Positions 12,913 through 21,900 of a stretch of DNA of 64,000 nucleotides are shown piece after piece. The position numbers were made by a program, and so were the translations under genes. Each line of letters begins with the position of its first letter. Position 1 is the first letter of the stretch. The notes below the pieces were generated by a model, which saw nothing but the letters and a program-made list of their open reading frames with translations, ran no database searches and was not told where the DNA came from. Source of the stretch: Lama guanicoe (taxonomy: Eukaryota); contig MU053934.1 in the NCBI GenBank assembly GCA_013239625.1, forward strand, positions 4,606,399-4,670,398, written 5' to 3'.

Positions 12913-15900
12913 GCTCCGTCATAATTATACTGAACAGCCTGCTTTGAGGTGTGGGGGGCCAGATGTAGTAGGAATACATGAGAGGGCTGGCAGCCAAGCC
13001 TGGGGAGGGTCTTCCTGGAGAGGGTCTTCCTTCAGGTAAGTTCTGAGCCAGAGTCCCAAAGGACATGGAGAACTGCTAGACAAGGATAAAGAGGGTGTTC
13101 CATGCAGAGGGAAAGAGTGAGGTATGGATAGGGCACTGGGAGCCTTTGGTACTAGTGGAAGAGGATGTTGTGGGAGAGGATACCAAGGTGGGTGGGACCA
13201 GGAGGTGGAGTCCCCAGTGCCAGGAAGAGTGACTGAGGCTACCTTGTAAGTCAGTTTCTCAAGAGGTGGTCCTGGGTAGCCTGAATCAGTCCCCTGCCGA
13301 CAGTGCAGGTATCCTGACCCCCACAGGATCAGACATTCTGATTCTGCGGGTGGGGCCTGGAGATCTGTGGTTTTTACCAGTTCCCAGGGGATTGGAGTCA
13401 GAGCTACTGCAGTACGAGGTGAGGGCCCACCAAAGTTTTATACCAAGAGTTTGCTTCCCTAGTGTATGTGTGTTTCACTTGTGCTCTGCAGCGTAGCGCA
13501 CTCCTGGAGACCACTGCTGAGCCTTGGGTTTGGGAACTCTGGTCTTTTTCAGGTTTCCTGGGGAACAGTTTGTGGACTAGCCTTAAAACCATGCAAACTC
13601 TCATGCAGGTGTTTGTTCATACACACGTCATTGTTTTCCAGAAGGAAGTGGGACCCTCTGGGTGGGGCTCTGGGACTGCTAGGCTTTTGTTGGGGAAGAA
13701 GAACGTGATGAGGTGGGGTCTGCCCTGGGCGAGAAGGTAATGCCTCTTGGTTTCCTGATGTCCTTCCCAGGAGCAGCAGCCAAGTTGGACGGACGACCTG
13801 CCGCTCTGCCACCTCTCCGGGGTGGGCTCAGCCTCCAACCGCAGCTACTCTGCTGATGGCAAGAGCACCGAGAGCCACCCACCGGAGGACAACTGGCTCA
13901 AGTTCAGGTGAGAGTGCCGGCATGCTCTCCTGGGCATCGAAAGTTGGTTTGCAAGCGAGAAAAGACAGGTTTGCAGCTGTCCAGCATGGGGCTTGCCGGT
14001 GAGATGTGGCCCATGGGAAGTGGTGTCTGCTGCTGTCCCTTCCACACTTAGACCTCAGACCAGTTGAGGACCTGCTCCAGAGGGGTGGGGGGCATCCCAG
14101 AAGGTCATGACCAAAGTGAAATGATGGTCAAATTGTTGGGAGGACCCAGGTGAGCAACTGAAGCCACAGCCACTGTATCTTTTGTCTCCCTGATTCCTTT
14201 CCCTCCTCCTCCTCACTCTGGAATTGGCATCACTCTACTGAGAGCCACTGATCTCAGGCTGCCCCCTGCCCTCTCCCTCTGTCAGGAGTGAGAACAACTG
14301 CTTCCTGTATGGGGTCTTCAATGGCTACGATGGCAACCGGGTGACCAACTTTGTGGCTCAGCGGCTGTCTGCGGAGCTCCTGCTGGGCCAGCTCAGCGCC
14401 GAGCACACAGAGGCCGATGTGCGGCGTGTGCTGCTGCAGGTACTGGTGCTTGGCCTGGCTGATGGTGGCCGAGTTCCCTGAGACTCAGTGTGGGGTCAGC
14501 CTGGGGTTGGTCTGAAGACTCTCCGGCTCCTTGTCTCTGCAGAGGAACCAGCTCTGGGAGCCTCTCCCAGCGGCAGGGGCGCCCCATTTCCCAGGGTGCA
14601 GGGCTGAGCAACCAGCAGTGGTCCTTCCGCATGACTGGCAGGGTTGGCCCTGGAGGGAATACTCCTGGGGAAGGGGAACTAGGCACGCCACCTTGGACCC
14701 AGGGCTGTAGTGGGAGGGCCCAAGCCTTGGTGGAACAGACCCCTTCCCCTCTGCGTGGCCCAGGCGCTCCCTTGAGTCGCTGCAGGCACCCCGGGCCTTG
14801 CCTAGTCACTTCTGGTTGGCTGGTGCTCTTTTGCCAGTTCTGTGTTTCTGCTTGCTGTTGTTTTGGAGTGTTTCTTCCTGGCATCTCCTTTTGGAAGCGA
14901 GTCCAGAATTAACTTAGTTTTAGATGAGAAGAGTGGATTCCTGTTCCTCGGGAACAGTGTTCCTAGCCACGTTCCTGCCTCAGCACCCAAGGGCGTGAGC
15001 ACTGTCCGTGGCCTCAGGGGCCTGTGCCAGTGATTCTCATCTGGTGCCCCTGGGAAAGGTGGCAGCATGACTGGTGTTGAGGGGCTGGCAGGATGTGGCG
15101 ATGACACCAGCTGTCACTGACCTAGACTTACTGTGAGCCAGGTGTCGTGTGCTCAGGGTGGGCTCTCCCAGTTGCCCTCAGAGCAGCGCTTACCCCTAGA
15201 TGAGGAGGCTGAGGCTGCCCAGCCGGCAAGTGGCAGAGCTGGGACCCTGGGTCCAAGCCTGTGCTCTTGCCTGGCGGTGCCATATGTGAAGCTGCATCAC
15301 AGGGTGACCTCAGTTACTACAACTTGTTGCTGTTAAAAGTTCCAGCATCAGGTGACAGTGGTGTTTGAACCAGCCTTTACCTCCTCGCCCTCTGCCCCCA
15401 GGCCTTCGATGTGGTGGAGAGGAGCTTCCTGGAGTCCATCGATGATGCATTGGCTGAGAAGGCGAGCCTCCAGTCCCAGCTCCCTGAGGTACTCTCCCCA
15501 GCCTCTGCTCTGCGAGAAGCACGTCAAAGCCTGGCTTTGCTAGGAGCAAGGACTCGTCTACCATGTCACTCCCAGGCCATAGGCACAGCTGGGCCAGAGC
15601 AGCAGGCGTGAGGGGAACAGTTCCTGACTGGGGATGCAGGTGGTGACAGTCTGCCCTCTGAGGGTGCTCACTAGCTGGCTCCAGGCAGCTGTGCTCTGAG
15701 ACTCCCCTGGGGTGGGCAGGGGCTGTGAGAGAAGGCTCTTCCAGGTCAGTCCTCAGTCTGAATCTGTTCATCGCCTCATTGCCGACCTGCTCACGTCACC
15801 TGCCAGCACCTTCAGGGCTGACGGGACAAGCTAGGTCAAGTCTGGCTTCCCTGAAAGAAGCCTGCCCTGGAGCTGCAGCCAGCCTCCCTCCTGGCCAGGC

Positions 15901-18900
15901 CCTCAGATGCCTGCTCTTCAGGGAGGGGGTCGGTGGGGTGGTCTCCGAGGCCCTGGCCTGCCCTGAGCCCCAGTGGTGCCTTCTAGGCTGTCCCTCAGCA
16001 CCAGCTGCCTCCTCAGTATCAGAAGATCCTCGAAAGACTCAAGACATTGGAGAAGGAGATTGCAGGAGGAGCCATGGCTGTCGTGGCAGTCCTTCTCAAC
16101 AACAGGCTCTATGTCGCCAATGTCGGTGAGTCACCTGCCTGTACCAGGGCAGGAGGTCAGGTGAGAAGGTCAGCCTTGGGGTCCGTGTGTCCTTTGGACA
16201 GTCTGCTTCCCGGACATGGAAGACCTCCAGCTCAAGCGTCCTAAGGCCATGGAGCGTCTCCCATTACTCCACAAGAGCGTCTCAGTCCCAGCCCCAGGTG
16301 ATTGAAGTACCCGCTGGGAGGCAGACGTTCCAGCTTGAGTCCTGACTCTGCCCCGGACTGGCTTGCGGCTTTGAATGAATTGTGTCCCCTCCCTGGGTCA
16401 CCTCAGTAGCTTCCTCTTCTGGAAGAGGTTGCCTGGCTGTGGAAGACCCACTCGGCCTCCCTTGAAGGGCAGCACAGGGTGCTGGATGTGGGCAAAGAAG
16501 GAGGGCCATGTGGGAAGCCGAGAAGGTGGTACCCCCAGGGTGCAGATGACTGCAGGAGCGCTGAGAGGCCCCCCTTATAAGGTCCCTCTTCTCTTCCTCC
16601 TTTTTTTAAGATGTTATGGGAAAAACGTTATAATGTTAAAAAAATAGAGTGAATAGTATTTAATGAACCCTCACGTGCCCAGCCCCCAGCCCCAACATCA
16701 CGCCTCATGGCCAGTCCCATTTCATCTTCAGCCCTCTGTCCCCACGTTGTTGTGAAGCAAACCCAGACACCGTGTCATCTTATCTGTAAATATTGCATTG
16801 TGTCTCCTCAGAGAAAAGGTCTAAGTCATACTCATAATCATCCTCGGATGACACTGGAAAAGGTTAACCTAATTCCTCAATATCATTAGCTCTCCCTGAC
16901 TGGTGACTTGCTCAGTGGTTTGAGCTTGTCTTCTTTGCCCATTTCAAGGATTTCCACGTGTGAGATGCCTGCCTTTTCTTTCTCTCTTTTCTCAACGTGT
17001 CCTGTTTTTCCCTACGCTCTCAGTCTGCTCAGCTGCTCAAATTCTGCTGCAGGTACCAACCGTGCACTTTTATGCAAATCCACGGTGGATGGCCTGCAGG
17101 TGACACAGCTGAACGTGGACCACACCACAGAGAATGAGGATGAGCTCTTCCGGCTCTCGCAGCTGGGTGAGTGGGCTGAGGGGTCTGTGGAGGGGTGGGG
17201 TTCAACCCTGGTGGCTCACCCTGTGCCTCTTTTCTGGGGACCATGCAGTGAAAGGCCTGAAGTGGACAGGCTGTGACCTTGGGCTTGGGACCAGCCTGCC
17301 TGGGGTTGAATCCCAACTCTGTCGCTTACTAGTTGATGATTTTGGAACTTACTCAAGTTTTCTGTGCCTCAGTTTCCCCATGTGTTTAATGAGAAAAATA
17401 GTAACACTTAGTCAGGGTGTTGTAAGGATTAAAAGAGTTAATACGTGTAAAATGCTTCCGAAAGTCCTTGGCGCATGGAGCTACTCACTATTATTGGTGC
17501 AGCCCAAGAGCCCAAAGTCCTGGGATTCCAGCCACTGCCATAGCCCCTCGCTCCCTTCCCTGTGAGTTCAGGCAGCAGAGGGAGCCGGGCTGGGCGGTGC
17601 TGGAGGAGGGACTCTGAGCAAGGGGTGTTCTGAGGGGGATGGGGACTGAGGACACTGGGGTACTCTGGGTTAGCTGCCCTCCATGGTGCCCTGGTGTGAC
17701 TTCACTTCCTGTTCAGTGCATCCCCATTGCGTGTTTTTTTGTGGATATGTCTGTATCCCCTTCTTTTTGTTCTTCTTAATGAACAAAGTCTGGGGTTGTC
17801 ATGGTGTTCTCCCTTTGGTAGGTTTGGATGCAGGAAAGATCAAGCAGGTGGGGGTCATCTGTGGGCAGGAGAGCACCAGGCGCATCGGGGATTACAAGGT
17901 CAAGTATGGCTACACTGACATCGACCTACTCAGGTAGGTAGGCTGGCCCGGCTGCCCCCCGTTTGTTTGTAGGGCCAGAGGGCAGATGCAGATTTTAGGC
18001 TCTGGGGATGGAAGGTACAGTCGAGATAGTTCAGAGCCCAAGGAGACTCGTCTTCCCAGAGAGGTTGATGTGGGGTGGGCCCTGGGCCCAGCAGGCCAGG
18101 AGGTGGGGTCCTATAGAGCTAGGCAGCAAAGAATCAAGTTGGGGAGCCAGGCCAGAGCCAAGGGCAGCAGCCGGAGCCACAGGGCCTGGCTGGAGAGGCC
18201 AGAATTGGCCTGAGCTGCCTGGTGTGGATGGGACAGCCCATAGACCAAAGGCCTGTTGGTCAGTGTTTTCATGGCTGGGGCCAGGGTTGGGGTGTCAAGA
18301 TGGATTATCCCTTCTGGGTGCCACCCAGTGCTCATAGCAAACAGGTGATGACAATAATTGTGAGCCTTTATCCAAGCCTGTGCACCGCTCTTTATACGCT
18401 CTGTCTTACTCAGTCTCACTCAAGCCCTGTGAGGTAGGTACTGTTATTGCCCCAAAGGTATTTTCATAATTGACACATGGAGACATTAGGTAGCCTGCCT
18501 GGTCTCAAGTGCAGTGAGGTGAGGCGAGACTTGAACTCCAGCAGCCTAAATTGAGAGCATGAGTCCTTAACCACAGGTGTATGTGAGGACACCGATTGGG
18601 AACATAGGCGAGAGAAAGAGAGTGTGTGTGTGTGTGTGTGAATGAGATATGCCCATCTTGTATCTTAGAAAACATGTGTTAGAACTCCTTACCCTCACAA
18701 GATTTAAATAATTGAGTTTGGAACCTTTTGTCTCTGATTTGTGGGGTTATATGTGCTTTATGGGAAGGTACATCTGTGATTTAAAACAATTCAAACAGCA
18801 CCAAGGATACGCAGTGAAAAGTGACTTCCTCCCGCCCCAAGCCCAGACTGCTTCCTCAGAAGCTGCTGGTTTCTTGCACATTTGTACCCTGCAGTTTCTA

Positions 18901-21900
18901 TGTGTAGGTGCACGTGTGTGTGTGTGTGTGTTTGGTGGGGGTGGGGAGGGGCAGGCTTCTTTTGAAAACACCCACAGATGCTAGTGTACGGTGCCCAGGG
19001 GTCTGCAGCTCCCTTTTTCATTAGAGGTGCTGATTCCTGCATTCCTGCACACCTACCATTGAGGCTGCCATGCCCTTGGTGACAGCTGCTAGGATTCCAG
19101 TGTGTAGCTGTCAGCACTCACCTAACCTGCCCTGACTGATGGACCCTCGTGATGTTTCCAGACTCTTTTAAGTCCTGTTGCCAAGAGCATGCTCTTATCC
19201 TTGCCCTGTGTGCATGTGCCCGTGCTGGAGCCTCCTGACGTGTGCTGGCCCTGATGGTGCATCAGTAATGATCCCTCCACACCGAGAGTGTGTGTGGGGT
19301 CTGGGTCAGCTTGGGGTTGCCCAAGAGGAGTGGGCTGTTGAAAGAGAACCTGTCCATCTTGCTGCCCCACTCTACCTCCCCAACCACTGCCCGGCTCTGT
19401 GGACAGGAGATGCGGAATGGGGCCAGGATTGGGCATTTGACCTTTGCCATTCTGGCCCCAGCTGCCCACTGGCTTTCCTGGCCCACTGAGCTTTATTTTG
19501 ACTATTGCCCTCATAAGACGGGTCTTTATCTGGTTTGCTCTTTCCTCTGTTTCTTTTCCTCTTGTCAGATGTGTGTTTTATTTTACATTCTGGGTGTAGC
19601 TTTGTCTCCTCACCAGAATAAATGTCCCCGGGGGCCGTTCCAAGCACAGCTCTCCCCTCCACTCTTCCCACAGCGCTGCCAAGTCCAAGCCGATCATCGC
19701 GGAGCCCGAAGTCCATGGTGCACAGCCCCTGGATGGGGTGACTGGCTTCCTGGTGCTGATGTCCGAGGGGCTGTACAAGGCCCTGGAGGCAGCCCACGGG
19801 CCTGGGCAGGCCAACCAGGTGAGCTGGGCCTGGGCAGTGCGCAGGTGGCCAGTCTGCAGGGTGGCGTGCTCCCCTGGGACCCAGCCAGCCCTCCTGCTCA
19901 GCTGCAAAGTGCTCAGGGACCCAGAGCTCCAATTCTCAAATGCCTTCGCCAGATATCTTCTCTGGATTCAAAGCCGGGAAGAAAAAGCCCAGAGCTCCAA
20001 GAACACCCATTGCACCCAAAAGCTGTACTTGTCTGGGCTTGAAGCAGCATCAGTCCCCAGGACCCTGAGCAAAGTCTAAGGGAAGAGGATGAGGGAAGTG
20101 AACTTCCACAGGCATGTGTAGCTCTGGAGACTGTCCAGGAAGGGCCCAGGCCAAGGAGGAAAGCCCAGAGGGGTGTAGCCTGGTACCCAGAGTCAGGGAG
20201 TGTGCGGCCGTGTTCAGATCCCACTCCACTGCCTCCACGTGAACGCCGTCTGAGCTACGGATAATTCAGTTTGTTCCTCATCTCTCAGATGCCTTCGTGG
20301 GGTTGTGGTGTGGGCTAAGCATGATAGACATAGGTTCTCAGCCAGTGGGAGCTGCTGCTTTTTCCCACGCCTCAGAGTACATGTGTCGGGCAGCCGACAC
20401 TAAAGCGGAGCTGCGAGGCAGTCACTTCAAGGGTGATCTTGAGGGGAAGCTGCCTTTGCTTGACCTTGACCTGCTGGATTGGTCAGATAGCTCAGGATGT
20501 ATTTCTCCTTTCATCTATGATTCTGGTAGGAAAGTAAGCTTTTCTGCTCTGTCCTAATTAAAAATTATGAGGGAACGTCGTATGTGTCTTCTAATACCTG
20601 TGTTCAAGGTTTTTCACCTATTTTATCTCATTCCTTCCAGTAGCCTTATAACATAGTAGAGGCAGGGGCTCACTGCCACCTTGTTAGGGACCTTGGGGCT
20701 GAGAGTTCAGGGTCTTGCCAGAGGTGACATAGCTGGTCAGTGATGGAGCTGAGCCCACCCTGCACGAGGCCCAGGTCACTTCCTGTCAACTGTCCCTGCC
20801 CCCTACCTCCAGGAGACTCTCGCCAGCCATCCATGTAGAGGATTTTGTGTTCATGTATTTTATCTTAATCAGTGTGGCTTTTTTTTTTTTTGGTCTTCAC
20901 GATAGAATTATCCAATGGCTTCTACTGGGTTCTAGAATATACTGGACAGTGGACTTCTCTGAGGGCAGGGACCCTGTCTTCATCCTGTATCCTCAATTTC
21001 TGACAAAATCATCCCCTGCAATAAGTTCATTCCAGGAAAGAAAGCTTAATAATAATGACAATTAATAGTCTCCAAAGTGTCCGAACATCCATTATGTTAT
21101 TTAACCCTCATTCTAACACAGTAAAACAGGTATTATCCCTCATTTTTTGGTGTGGAAGCCAACAAAATCAGACAGAGATCACAAAGTCACACCTTTTCTA
21201 ATGAGAAAGTTCCAGAAGAATTATCCTAAATACCTGGAGAAGTTCGGATTGCAGGCTCGGCTGGTAGGGACATCCACCTGCCTGGCTGGTGACCCCTACG
21301 TGTCCTGATCAGGCTGTGACATTGTGGCCTACAGTCCCTGGGCCCCCCCGTTCCTCACCAGGTTTGTGCTCCCCCTGCCCCCAGGAGATCGCCGCCATGA
21401 TTGACACTGAGTTCGCCAAGCAGACTTCCCTGGACGCGGTGGCCCAGGCTGTGGTGGACCGAGTGAAGCGTATCCACAGCGACACCTTCGCCAGTGGCGG
21501 GGAGCGTGCCAAGTTCTGCCCAAGGCATGAGGACATGACTCTGCTGGTGAGGAACTTTGGCTACCCACTGGGCGAGATGAGCCAGCCCGCACCGGCCCCA
21601 GCCCCAGGTACGTGTGCAGCTTGGGCAGGACCCGAGGACGGCGCCCAGGGCTGGGGTGGGGGCTGAGCGGCTGGGGCCATGGGCCTTGCTCCCTGGGATG
21701 GAGTGGAGTCAGAAGGCCTGCCTTTGAGCAGTTCTAGTCCAGGCCCTGGCTTTAAAGCTCTCTGAGCTGCACTGATTTTTCTCTTTCTGTCTGTGAAATG
21801 AGGACAATACCCCCTGTCCTGGCCGCCTCCGAAAGACTGAGTGCAGGAGAAGCACTTTGCAGGGCCACAGCCACATCATAGGGACGACGGCAGCCCCAGA

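Noticed and set aside
19290..20042. 250-aa ORF over exon 8
   Set aside because: Runs through intron sequence in a frame different from TAB1; no homology recognised
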